In this document: positions 1 to 7,718 of the stretch, piece by piece
How the letters are laid out: each line of letters opens with the position of its first letter
Numbering within the stretch: the first letter of the stretch is position 1
Assembly: GCA_049969615.1 (NCBI GenBank)
Contig: JBMFOM010000070.1
Span: 1-11,257 of the forward strand
DNA: 11,257 nucleotides
From: a candidate division WOR-3 bacterium
Lineage (GTDB): Bacteria; Hydrothermota; Hydrothermia; JBDRYB01
Direction of reading: 5' to 3'
Position numbers and translations under genes: made by a program
Notes under the pieces: generated by a model
Told to the model about the DNA's origin: nothing
Databases searched by the model: none
The model's input: only the letters and a program-made list of their open reading frames with translations

Positions 1-1458
1 GTTGCTACCCTATCCCGGTTCACAGAGAAGGTGAAGGTTCTGAGAACATCCGAGGACATGCTCCTCAGGTGGGCCAAGCCCTACGGCGATGTCCTCGTGG
101 CCGAGAGGCTATGGAAGGATCTGGGCCTTGAGTCCACCCTCAAGGGGATAGACTCAGAGAGGGATAACGAGTTCTCCCTTGAGAGGGCCGTGTTCTGTAT
201 GGTCTATGACAGGTTGGTGAACCCTGGCTCAAAGCTCAGCCTCTCGGAGAAGCTATCCGAGAAATACTTCATAGGAGGCTCTGAGGGCCTTGAGCTCCAG
301 CACCTATACAGGTCACTTGACATCCTGTATGAGAACAAGGAGATGATAGAGGAGAATCTGTTCTCCAGGCACAGGGACATCTTCAACTTCCAGTTCCAGC
401 CTGAGCTCGTGTTCTTTGATACAACATCCTCCTACTTTGAGGGATCCGGCAAAGGTTCTGATCTGAAGGAATACGGCTATTCAAGGGACAAGAGGCCTGA
501 CAGGAAGCAGATAGTCGTGGGCATCCTGATAACAAGGGAAGGGGTTCCCATAGCCTGCAGGGTGTTCCCTGGGAACACGGCAGACCCCAAAACCATAAAG
601 CCTGTCCTTGATGACTTGAGGAATAGGTTCAGGGTAAGGAGAGTAATGTTCATTTGTGATAAGGGGATGATCTCAGAGGAGAACATGAGGCTCATGGCCT
701 CAGCTGGATACGACTACATCGTGGGAGCCAGGATGTCCTCACATCACACGAGAGAAACCCTCTCAAGGCCCGGGAGATACCACAGGATAGAAAGGGAGGG
801 CAAGCCTGATCTCATGGTCAAGGAGGCGATCATAGATGGGGAGCGCTACATAGTCTGCTATAACCCAGAGGAAGCTGAGAGGGACAGGGCCATGAGGGAG
901 GAGATAATAATGAAGCTTGAACAAGGCCTGGCCACTGACCCCAAATCCCTCATAAACAACAAAGGATACAGGAGATTCCTCAAGTCAGCCAGGGGTTCTT
1001 TTGAGATAGACTACGAGAAGGTCAAGGAAGCTGAGGGATACGATGGCAAGTATGTGATAAAGGTAAGCGATCCCAAGCTCACCTCTGAGTCAGCGGCCCT
1101 GGCCTACCGTGAGCTCTGGAGAATAGAGAGGGCCTTCAGGACCCTGAAATCATCCCTTGAGATAAGGCCCATGTATCACTGGACTGACAGGAGGATAGAG
1201 GCCCATGTGTTCGTCTGCTTCCTGGCATTGGTCATGGCCAGGGAGCTTGAGCTGAGGCTGAATAAGGGGATTGAGTCCGACGATGAGCGGATAACAGCTG
1301 AGAAAGCCATTGAAGCTCTCGGTAGCCTGAAAGCTGTCAAGGTTGAAATAGAAGGTGGAGCGTTCATAGCCAGAACCGAGATAAATAAGGAGGTTTCGGC
1401 AATCCTCAGAACCCTGGGCATCCGAGAACCCCACAGAATAGTCCGCGTATGTGAATAG
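1..1458 (+). CDS. IS1634-family DDE transposase (5' truncated by window)
   Basis: The frame is open from base 1 (VATLSRFTEKVKV...). Motifs present: LVFFDTTSSYFEG (D1), GYSRDKRPDRKQIVVG, FPGNTAD, FICDKGMIS (D2), YRELWRIERAFRTLKS (E) and RPMYHWTDRRIEAHVFVCFLAL. Confidence 0.95.
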   Translation, partial: VATLSRFTEKVKVLRTSEDMLLRWAKPYGDVLVAERLWKDLGLESTLKGIDSERDNEFSLERAVFCMVYDRLVNPGSKLSLSEKLSEKYFIGGSEGLELQHLYRSLDILYENKEMIEENLFSRHRDIFNFQFQPELVFFDTTSSYFEGSGKGSDLKEYGYSRDKRPDRKQIVVGILITREGVPIACRVFPGNTADPKTIKPVLDDLRNRFRVRRVMFICDKGMISEENMRLMASAGYDYIVGARMSSHHTRETLSRPGRYHRIEREGKPDLMVKEAIIDGERYIVCYNPEEAERDRAMREEIIMKLEQGLATDPKSLINNKGYRRFLKSARGSFEIDYEKVKEAEGYDGKYVIKVSDPKLTSESAALAYRELWRIERAFRTLKSSLEIRPMYHWTDRRIEAHVFVCFLALVMARELELRLNKGIESDDERITAEKAIEALGSLKAVKVEIEGGAFIARTEINKEVSAILRTLGIREPHRIVRVCE

Positions 1459-1516
1459 GTCTCGCTGAGAACCCCCTCTGAACATGGTGCCAATTTCTCT
1501 CGGCCTTGATTCCTCT

Positions 1517-1541
1517 TAAGTCCTTACCTATCAATGACTTA
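1517..1541. promoter_or_regulatory. Subterminal imperfect palindrome containing an IHF consensus match
   Basis: The sequence is TAAGTC-cTT-acctatc-AAt-GACTTA. Bases 1529-1541 (TATCAA-TGAC-TTA) match WATCAANNNNTTR exactly and lie 11 nt inside the putative terminal repeat. Confidence 0.5.
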
Positions 1542-1552
1542 CGAAAAATGAG

Positions 1553-1566
1553 GTGTCAAAGTTGAG
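1553..1566 (+). repeat. Putative right terminal inverted repeat of the IS
   Basis: GTGTCAAAGTTGAG lies downstream of the transposase stop and is followed by TTAAC, a candidate target duplication. The partner repeat is outside the window. Confidence 0.6.
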
Positions 1567-1580
1567 TTAACCGGCCATGG

Positions 1581-1610
1581 GTGCAAGTCCCTGGGTCAAT
1601 CCGTTATAAT
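1581..1610 (+). promoter_or_regulatory. Sigma70-type promoter for a probably leaderless ATPase subunit A mRNA
   Basis: Perfect TATAAT at 1605-1610, 6 nt before ATG 1617. Possible -35 GTGCAA at 1581-1586 (18-nt spacer). No Shine-Dalgarno. Confidence 0.65.
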
Positions 1611-1616
1611 TTCACC

Positions 1617-3401
1617 ATGCCTGAGATAGCGAGGATAGCGGGCTCCTTGGTGGTTGGGGATGGCCTCCGTGGAGTCCAAATGAACGAGATAGTCAAGGTT
1701 GGGAAGGAAAGGCTTGTTGGAGAGGTGATAAGGCTCTCTGGAGACACTGGGTTTATCCAGGTCTATGAGGACACATCCGGTCTGTTCGTTGGGGAACCAA
1801 TAGAGCGCACGGGCCAGGCCTTATCGGTTGAACTGGGGCCAGGCCTACTGGCAACTGCTTTTGACGGGGTCCAGCGCCCGCTGGAACTCATAAAGACCAA
1901 GGCTGGTGATTGGGTTACCAGGGGAATTGATGTGCCCGCGCTTGATCCCGAAAGAGAATGGGATTTTGTTTCTGTTGTTAAGGAGGGAGACAGGGTGGAG
2001 CTCGGGGATGTTCTCGGCGAGGTTCAGGAGACCAAGAGCATAGTGCATAGGGTAATGGTCCCGCCGTCCTTGAAGGGAAGATTCCACTTGACCCAGGCCG
2101 ACATGGACGAAAAATTCACCGTGGTAAGTATATCCTCCGGAAAACGTAGGATATATGATACCATAGCGATTCTCAGGGATGACAGTGGCAAGGAATACGA
2201 GGTTAAGATGGCGCACAGGTGGCCCGTCCGCATAGCGAGACCGGCCGAGAAAAAGCTCCTGCCGGAGGTTCCGCTAATAACGGGCCAACGCGTCCTTGAC
2301 TTCTTCTTTCCTATTGCCCTGGGTGGGAACGCGGCCATACCCGGTGGATTCGGAACGGGCAAAACAGTCACCGAGCAAACCCTGGCCAAATTTGCCCATG
2401 TTGATGTGGTCATATACATAGGCTGTGGTGAGCGCGGCAACGAGATGACAGAGGTTCTCGCGGAATTTCCCGAGCTGGAGGACCCCACAAGGCCAGGCGC
2501 GCCCCTCATGGACAGGACGATACTGGTGGTCAATACATCCAACATGCCAGTTGCGGCTCGCGAGGCCTCAATATACACGGGGATAACCATGGCCGAGTAT
2601 TACAGGGATATGGGGTATGATGTTCTCCTTTTGGCAGACTCAACCTCCCGGTGGGCAGAAGCCCTCCGCGAGATGAGCTCCCGCCTGGAGGAGATGCCAG
2701 GGGAGGAAGGCTATCCCACATATCTGTCTTCAAAGCTAGCCGCGTTTTACGAGAGGACAGGAAGGGTTTATCCTCTGGGAGGAAGGGATCAGATAGGGTC
2801 AGTGACTGCCGTCGGCGCGGTTTCCCCGCAGGGAGGCGATTTCTCCGAACCAGTGACTCAGAGCACCCTCCGGGTTGTTGGAGCTTTCTGGGCACTGGAT
2901 TCTGACCTCGCCAGGCGCAGGCACTACCCTGCTATAAACTGGCTGACATCGTACACGCTCTACTATGGCCTGGTAAGGAAGTGGTTCCACGAGAATGCTG
3001 ACGAGGCCTGGACAGAATTGCGTAACTGGGCCTCGGAGATGCTTCAGCGCGACGCAGAGCTCACGGAGATAGTCCAACTAGTGGGCCCGGACGCGCTTGA
3101 GGACGCTGAGCGCGTGCTCCTGGAAACAGGCACCCTCATCCGCGAGACATTCCTCCAGCAAAACGCCTTCCATGAGGTTGACGGATCCTCATCCTTGCAA
3201 AAAGACCTCATGATCATGCGTATCATAAAGTTTTTTAGCGAGCGCGCGATGGAAGCGGTCAAGGCCGGGAGGTTTCACGCGGAAGACCTGCACAGCCTCC
3301 CTGAGATAGAGGAAATTGAGAGGCTAAAGGAACTGCCTGACGAAGAGTGCAGGGCAAAGATAGCCGAGATAACCGAGTCCCTGAAGGCAAAACTGGGATG
3401 A
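1617..3401 (+). CDS. atpA: V/A-type ATP synthase catalytic subunit A
   Basis: Motifs [18 protein letters not shown], Walker A GGFGTGKT (2343-2366), [51 protein letters not shown] and [11 protein letters not shown] 1617 is preferred over GTG 1581 because family homology starts there and TATAAT lies between the two. Confidence 0.97.
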   Translation: MPEIARIAGSLVVGDGLRGVQMNEIVKVGKERLVGEVIRLSGDTGFIQVYEDTSGLFVGEPIERTGQALSVELGPGLLATAFDGVQRPLELIKTKAGDWVTRGIDVPALDPEREWDFVSVVKEGDRVELGDVLGEVQETKSIVHRVMVPPSLKGRFHLTQADMDEKFTVVSISSGKRRIYDTIAILRDDSGKEYEVKMAHRWPVRIARPAEKKLLPEVPLITGQRVLDFFFPIALGGNAAIPGGFGTGKTVTEQTLAKFAHVDVVIYIGCGERGNEMTEVLAEFPELEDPTRPGAPLMDRTILVVNTSNMPVAAREASIYTGITMAEYYRDMGYDVLLLADSTSRWAEALREMSSRLEEMPGEEGYPTYLSSKLAAFYERTGRVYPLGGRDQIGSVTAVGAVSPQGGDFSEPVTQSTLRVVGAFWALDSDLARRRHYPAINWLTSYTLYYGLVRKWFHENADEAWTELRNWASEMLQRDAELTEIVQLVGPDALEDAERVLLETGTLIRETFLQQNAFHEVDGSSSLQKDLMIMRIIKFFSERAMEAVKAGRFHAEDLHSLPEIEEIERLKELPDEECRAKIAEITESLKAKLG

Positions 3402-3466
3402 ACCGATTGTCAGCTCTCGGCTTTTTCGTGCCGCCACTGGATAACGGTTTAGCCGAGGGTGAATGG

Positions 3467-3500
3467 CGCCTTGACAAGGCGGGGCAACAGGCCATAGGAT
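3467..3500 (+). promoter_or_regulatory. Sigma70-type promoter of the Omp85 gene with a palindrome over the -35
   Basis: TTGACA (3471-3476), an 18-nt spacer, then TAGGAT (3495-3500). The -35 sits inside the perfect 7-1-7 inverted repeat CGCCTTG-A-CAAGGCG (3467-3481). Confidence 0.6.
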
Positions 3501-3527
3501 TCGCGGGAAGCCCCTGCCCATGATTCC

Positions 3528-5267
3528 ATGTTCATAATCACGAGTATCCTCCTCTCCAACATCAATAATATTTCTCTGGTAAAGGTTTATGGGGCTACGG
3601 TTTTCTCCGAGAAGGAAATAATAGAGGTCAGCAACATACGGAAGGGGAAACCCTTCAGAATGGCGGTGGTCCGTGGCGGAGAGATAAGGATAAAGGGCCT
3701 CTACGAGTCCAAGGGATATTTCATGGCAACGGTCAAGGATTCCGTCGTTCAGACGGACAGAGGGATGGAGGTCCACCTATTCATAGACGAAGGTCCAAGG
3801 GCAAAGATAGTTGATATAATCCCGGAAGGAATGGAGTCCATAGACAGCCTTTCCCTCCAGAGGATGTTGATGAGGTCAATCCCAAAAGAACTGCCCGTTC
3901 CATACGACGAAGCAATCATAGCCTCAATGGAGCAGTCGCTTTATCATCTTTACCAGAACTCTGGCTTCCCGCTGGTTGAGATAGTCTCAGAGACAAAAGA
4001 AGTTGCCCCGAACCTGATGCTCATAAAGGTAAAGATAAACGAAGGGCCCAAGGTGCGCATCCGAGGGGTGGTGGTGCGAGGAAACGAGAGGGTCAAAACC
4101 GAGATAATAGAGAGGGAAATAGTGGTCAAGCCCGGACGATTATACAGCTTTGAGGAGATAGCCGAATCCCAGCGCAGGATATATTCCACAGGGCTTTTCT
4201 ACTCGGTGGAATATTCTTTGGATAGCCTGATCCCAACCGACACGATGACTATACTTTACTTCACCGTGCGCGAGGCAAGCCCCAGATATATTGATCTGGG
4301 TGGAGGCTATCATACGCCGCAGGAACTGCAGGCAAAAGCCGGCATAGGCCACCTGAACTTCTGGGGCAGGGGACAGAGGGTTGAGCTGGCCGGCGAAGCC
4401 TCCTGGAACTTCATGTGGTTCACCCATGATACCATACCCAGCTTCCCCAGGCGAAAGCTAAGGCTAAGTTACTCTGAGCCATATTTCTTGGGTTTCAGGC
4501 TTGATGCGACAGCAACTGGCACTTATTCCTACGATATTGACCTGGAATACGAGGATTATACCCTCACCTTCCTCACCAGGAAATACCTTGGTAGGTTCTG
4601 GAGCGTTTCCCCAGGCATCAGGTGGTCTTATAGCAGGAACATATCCGGGAAACCCATCGCGGCACCGAGAATAACCGTGAACGCGTTCACGCAGGAGATC
4701 ATGCTTGACGCGAGGGATAACATCTTTGACCCCACGAGGGGTTCATACGGCAGGTTCAGGCTTGAAGAGGCGGGTTGGATCCTGCGCGGGGATGCCGACC
4801 TGATAAAGGCATTCGTTTCTTTCTCAACATACTCAAAGCTGACCAGCGGAGGTTATTTCCTGGCCGGAAGGCTCTCGCTTGGCAATATAGAGCCATACGG
4901 AAGGTCATCATCCGTGCCATACACGGAGCGCTTCACCCTGGGGGGCGACGGGACGGTCCGTGGCTATACCAGGTATTCCATAGGGGCCTATGATCCCCGA
5001 GGGATAAGATCGGGTTCGGTCTTTCTGAACGCGAACCTGGAATTGAGAAAACATCTGAGCAAAACATGGGGGTTCGTTCTGTTCGCGGACGCGGGCGGCC
5101 TGTGGAAAAACCTGAATTCGGTTGATTTGAGTGAGATAGCTGTCTCGTGCGGCCTGGGCATTAGATATTACCTGCCAATAGGCCCGGTCCGGCTGGACTG
5201 GGCAAGGCCAATGGTCAATTACTCGGGCTGGGGGATAATCCATCTGGGCCTGGGCCACATGTTTTGA
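3528..5267 (+). CDS. Omp85-family (BamA/TamA-like) outer membrane protein, about 3 POTRA domains plus beta-barrel
   Basis: POTRA signatures LYESKGYF, LYQNSGFP, EGPKVRI..V.VRGNERVK and IYSTGLF. Barrel motifs DARDNIFDPTRG, RFTLGGDGTVRGY and GLGIRYYLPIGPVRLDWA. Ends in a C-terminal Phe. Confidence 0.92.
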   Translation: MFIITSILLSNINNISLVKVYGATVFSEKEIIEVSNIRKGKPFRMAVVRGGEIRIKGLYESKGYFMATVKDSVVQTDRGMEVHLFIDEGPRAKIVDIIPEGMESIDSLSLQRMLMRSIPKELPVPYDEAIIASMEQSLYHLYQNSGFPLVEIVSETKEVAPNLMLIKVKINEGPKVRIRGVVVRGNERVKTEIIEREIVVKPGRLYSFEEIAESQRRIYSTGLFYSVEYSLDSLIPTDTMTILYFTVREASPRYIDLGGGYHTPQELQAKAGIGHLNFWGRGQRVELAGEASWNFMWFTHDTIPSFPRRKLRLSYSEPYFLGFRLDATATGTYSYDIDLEYEDYTLTFLTRKYLGRFWSVSPGIRWSYSRNISGKPIAAPRITVNAFTQEIMLDARDNIFDPTRGSYGRFRLEEAGWILRGDADLIKAFVSFSTYSKLTSGGYFLAGRLSLGNIEPYGRSSSVPYTERFTLGGDGTVRGYTRYSIGAYDPRGIRSGSVFLNANLELRKHLSKTWGFVLFADAGGLWKNLNSVDLSEIAVSCGLGIRYYLPIGPVRLDWARPMVNYSGWGIIHLGLGHMF

Positions 5268-5326
5268 TGCATCCCTCAATTACAAACGAAATTTTCGTCT
5301 GGTCTGCCTATGGGACTCTCTAAAAC

Positions 5327-6181
5327 CTATTTCCTTTTCAGTCTGAAAACCCTCCCGCCAGCGCCGTCCAAGATATAGAGCGCGTCATCAGGCCCTGGCT
5401 TGACATCAATAGGCCTCCCGAGGTCAAGCGGGATGTCCCTAAAAACATACCTGCCCCTCTTTTTGAAGACCTTAATTACGCGGGGCCTGGTGTCCTCTTT
5501 TCTGAGGAAGGGGTCGCCGAAACAGGCCACATATAGGGTATCGTTCCAGAAACAGAGGCCACGGGGGTAATCCCCTGGCTCAAGGTTAACAGCGAACCAC
5601 TCGCCCTTCGGGTCAATTCTGTATATCCCGTCCAGGGTCTGGTAATAGTCGGGTGGATAACAGCCGGGATCACTGACCCAGAGGGTATCCCCCTGGAAAG
5701 CGAGGCCCCATGGATCGTGAAAGCCTGTTGAGAATACCTCAAGCCCGCTACCATCGCGTTTGAACCTGATAATGGTGCCAGCCAGGTTGTGGGACAACGA
5801 AAAACAATCCTCTTCTCCTTGGCCGAGATATATCCTGCCCTTCGGGCCGAGCGCGAGGCCGTTGTTTGAACACGCGCCGAACGAGGGGAGTCCAGAAACG
5901 ATTTCAGTCAAGGTCCCATTGAAGAAAATACTCACCTTTCCCCGATGGGAGATGAGCAGACTGTCGCCAACGGGAAGGATGCTGTTCACTGGGGGCACGA
6001 GACCCTTCAGGAGCATCCGGGGTGTGTCGTTCCTAACCATCCATATCTTCCCGTCATGCTCTGCAACATAAAGGACACTTCCGGAGAAAACCATGGCCGT
6101 GGGTTTTGTGAAGCGGAGGGGTAGGGTATCAACCTTGAATTCCGAACCAGCGCCTACAATGAGAGAGAAGAAGGCCAGCAT
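5327..6181 (-). CDS. Secreted beta-propeller protein, glucose/sorbosone dehydrogenase-like
   Basis: Repeated blade motifs PTAMVF, NGLALGPKGRIYLGQG, GSGLEVFSTGFHDPWGLAF and RPIDVKPGPDDALYILD. Hydrophobic N-terminus. Starts 4 nt after the ribA stop. Confidence 0.75.
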   Translation of the reverse strand: MLAFFSLIVGAGSEFKVDTLPLRFTKPTAMVFSGSVLYVAEHDGKIWMVRNDTPRMLLKGLVPPVNSILPVGDSLLISHRGKVSIFFNGTLTEIVSGLPSFGACSNNGLALGPKGRIYLGQGEEDCFSLSHNLAGTIIRFKRDGSGLEVFSTGFHDPWGLAFQGDTLWVSDPGCYPPDYYQTLDGIYRIDPKGEWFAVNLEPGDYPRGLCFWNDTLYVACFGDPFLRKEDTRPRVIKVFKKRGRYVFRDIPLDLGRPIDVKPGPDDALYILDGAGGRVFRLKRK

Positions 6182-6185
6182 CGCG

Positions 6186-6785
6186 CTATAAGGCGGAAAG
6201 GAGGTGACCCAATTTGCGTTTCTTCGTGGAAAGGTATTCCCTGTTGTATTCGTTCGGCTCTATTTCCAAGGGCACGCGCTCGGTTATCTCTATGCCCATG
6301 GCCGCTAGGTCAATTATCTTGTCCGGATTGTTGGTCAGCAATCTTATCCGGCAGATGCCGAGGTCGGCCAGTATCCTCCCAGCCACATCGTATGTCCGCA
6401 TGTCAGCCGCGAACCCGAGCTGGTGGTTGGCCTCAACAGTGTCCACACCCTTGTCTTGAAGGGCATAAGCCCTTATCTTGTTGGCAAGGCCTATGCCCCT
6501 TCCTTCCTGCATGAGATAAATGAGAACACCATTCTCCTCCTTGCCTATCATGGAAAGGGCCTTGTCAAGCTGGAGGCCGCAGTCGCACCGGAGGCTGTGG
6601 AGGGTATCGCCAGTGAGACACTGGGAATGGACTCGGACGAGAGGGACCTTTCCGTTCGGCCCACCCCGCAGGAGGACGAGGTGATCCTTGTATCTTTCCC
6701 CCTCAAAAGACTCCCTGTATATCATGACGGTAAAATCACCATATTCTGTCGGAAGGTGAGCCTCGGCTATCCTTTGGACTCTCAT
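6186..6785 (-). CDS. ribA: GTP cyclohydrolase II (monofunctional)
   Basis: Motifs [55 protein letters not shown] and [14 protein letters not shown] 6785 is preferred over 6824 because the extension reads through an AT-rich promoter-like tract. Confidence 0.97.
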   Translation of the reverse strand: MRVQRIAEAHLPTEYGDFTVMIYRESFEGERYKDHLVLLRGGPNGKVPLVRVHSQCLTGDTLHSLRCDCGLQLDKALSMIGKEENGVLIYLMQEGRGIGLANKIRAYALQDKGVDTVEANHQLGFAADMRTYDVAGRILADLGICRIRLLTNNPDKIIDLAAMGIEITERVPLEIEPNEYNREYLSTKKRKLGHLLSAL

Positions 6786-6803
6786 TGGGTTTAATATTAT
6801 AAT
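6786..6803 (-). promoter_or_regulatory. Putative -10 region of ribA (very short leader)
   Basis: The minus strand reads ATTATAATATTAAACCCA-ATG. TATAAT lies 10 nt before the ATG and TAATAT lies 8 nt before it. No Shine-Dalgarno. Confidence 0.5.
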
Positions 6804-6843
6804 CCATTTTCTGTGCAGGATCAATTATTGAGAACGTGTGAGA

Positions 6844-7425
6844 CTAGTTGAATTTCGGTCTGAACCCCACCTGACGCTCTCCGGATCCGGAGAGCATTTC
6901 TATCATGCCGTCAAGGCTCTGGGGATAACGGGCCTCAAGCGTCTCATAAATGAAATCAAACAGTGGAGCGAAAGAGGTCGGATCGCCCTCCTTGACCCTG
7001 AACTCGCGATTTGTTCCCATTACCGACACAAGGTATTCGTCCCCGCCCATTTTTATAAACTCAAAGAAAAACGGCACGAAATCATGCGCGCCTTCCTGAC
7101 CAGGGACCATGAGAAGCAAACCCATTCCAAACCTCCTGCGCTCGTTGGAAAACCGCAGGGCGTCCGCCACATCAAACTCCTCGCTCATCCAGTCCCTGAG
7201 CCTACGAGACTTTGGATCAGTTGTTATTGATGGGCCGACTATGCTTGACAGTTTCTGGGGATCCGGAGGGACCGGCTCTATGAGATTTTCACCATCGGGT
7301 ATACCGAGATAAGCCGACAAATTTTTTATCAGCGCCTCACCGAACCGAACCGCCTCACGGTTCATCTCCACCCATATTTCCCTGGCCTTTGTCCACTTTT
7401 CCGAGAGATCATCTATTCCTGGCAT
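6844..7425 (-). CDS. Hypothetical protein (193 aa)
   Basis: Protein-like composition, fills the gap co-oriented with ribA, and has a TATTAT-N6-ATG start signal nearly identical to that of atpA. No recognisable domain. Confidence 0.8.
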   Translation of the reverse strand: MPGIDDLSEKWTKAREIWVEMNREAVRFGEALIKNLSAYLGIPDGENLIEPVPPDPQKLSSIVGPSITTDPKSRRLRDWMSEEFDVADALRFSNERRRFGMGLLLMVPGQEGAHDFVPFFFEFIKMGGDEYLVSVMGTNREFRVKEGDPTSFAPLFDFIYETLEARYPQSLDGMIEMLSGSGERQVGFRPKFN

Positions 7426-7438
7426 GATGAAATAATAA
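7426..7438 (-). promoter_or_regulatory. -10 element for a probably leaderless mRNA
   Basis: The minus strand reads TATTAT (7437-7432), TTCATC, then ATG (7425). Confidence 0.6.
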
Positions 7439-7496
7439 ATCCGGATGCTACCCGTTTTCCATCCGACTGAGATCTCGTAACGGGCGGGACGGGAAT

Positions 7497-7718
7497 TTAG
7501 CTTGCGAATAGAATGACCCTTCTTGCTCCAGACCAGACAAGGGTATATACGCTTGGCCTAATGCCTTGAAGAGAAATCCGGAACTCGCCGTTTGCGGGCA
7601 CCCTGCTGGTTTGAACCACGAAACCCGTTGCACTGACCAGGAGAAACTCGGCCCCGGCCGTACCAACGGAAAGGAGCCTTATGTCTCCGCCAAGGTTGAC
7701 AACCCGCGAGGGGAGCAA
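7497..7718 (-). pseudogene. Orphan or degenerate T9SS C-terminal sorting-domain-like fragment
   Basis: FLLVSATGFVV...ISLQGIRPSVYTLVW...RRVILFAS resembles the IYxxxGxxV...IxLxxLxxGVYxL...KxxI pattern. There is no passenger domain, signal peptide or good start. Confidence 0.45.

Larger units (their letters stand above)
1..1566 (+). mobile_element. IS1634-family insertion sequence, right portion (left end outside window)
   Basis: Contains a DDE transposase followed by a ~108-nt tail. The tail ends in GTGTCAAAGTTGAG (1553-1566), which resembles IS1634-type terminal inverted repeats as I recall them. The left end is not visible, so the boundary is inferred. Confidence 0.85.

Noticed and set aside
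1562..1590. Hybrid promoter formed by an IS-end -35 (TTGAGT)
   Set aside because: No -10 at 16-18 nt spacing. The TATAAT is 37 nt away.
2343..2445. Intein in ATPase subunit A at the known VMA insertion sites
   Set aside because: The sequence is continuous through GKT and [10 protein letters not shown], and the protein length is normal.
2024..2590. Long antisense ORF (188 aa) and the other overlapping ORFs in the track, such as 3324-3776, 6838-7230 and 8807-9271
   Set aside because: They are shadows of well-supported genes, with no motifs or start signals.
3402..3527. Cobalamin riboswitch or other ncRNA (contains GCCACTG and GGGAAG)
   Set aside because: There is no B12 box or correctly ordered core, and a promoter explains the region. 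An Rfam scan would settle it.
5268..5326. Bidirectional terminator between convergent genes (ACGAAA-T-TTTCGT)
   Set aside because: The stem is short and AT-rich with a 1-nt centre and no U-tract.
7451..7493. Hairpin CCCGTT...AACGGG/ACGGG upstream of the hypothetical gene
   Set aside because: Pairing is imperfect and ambiguous, so no function can be supported.
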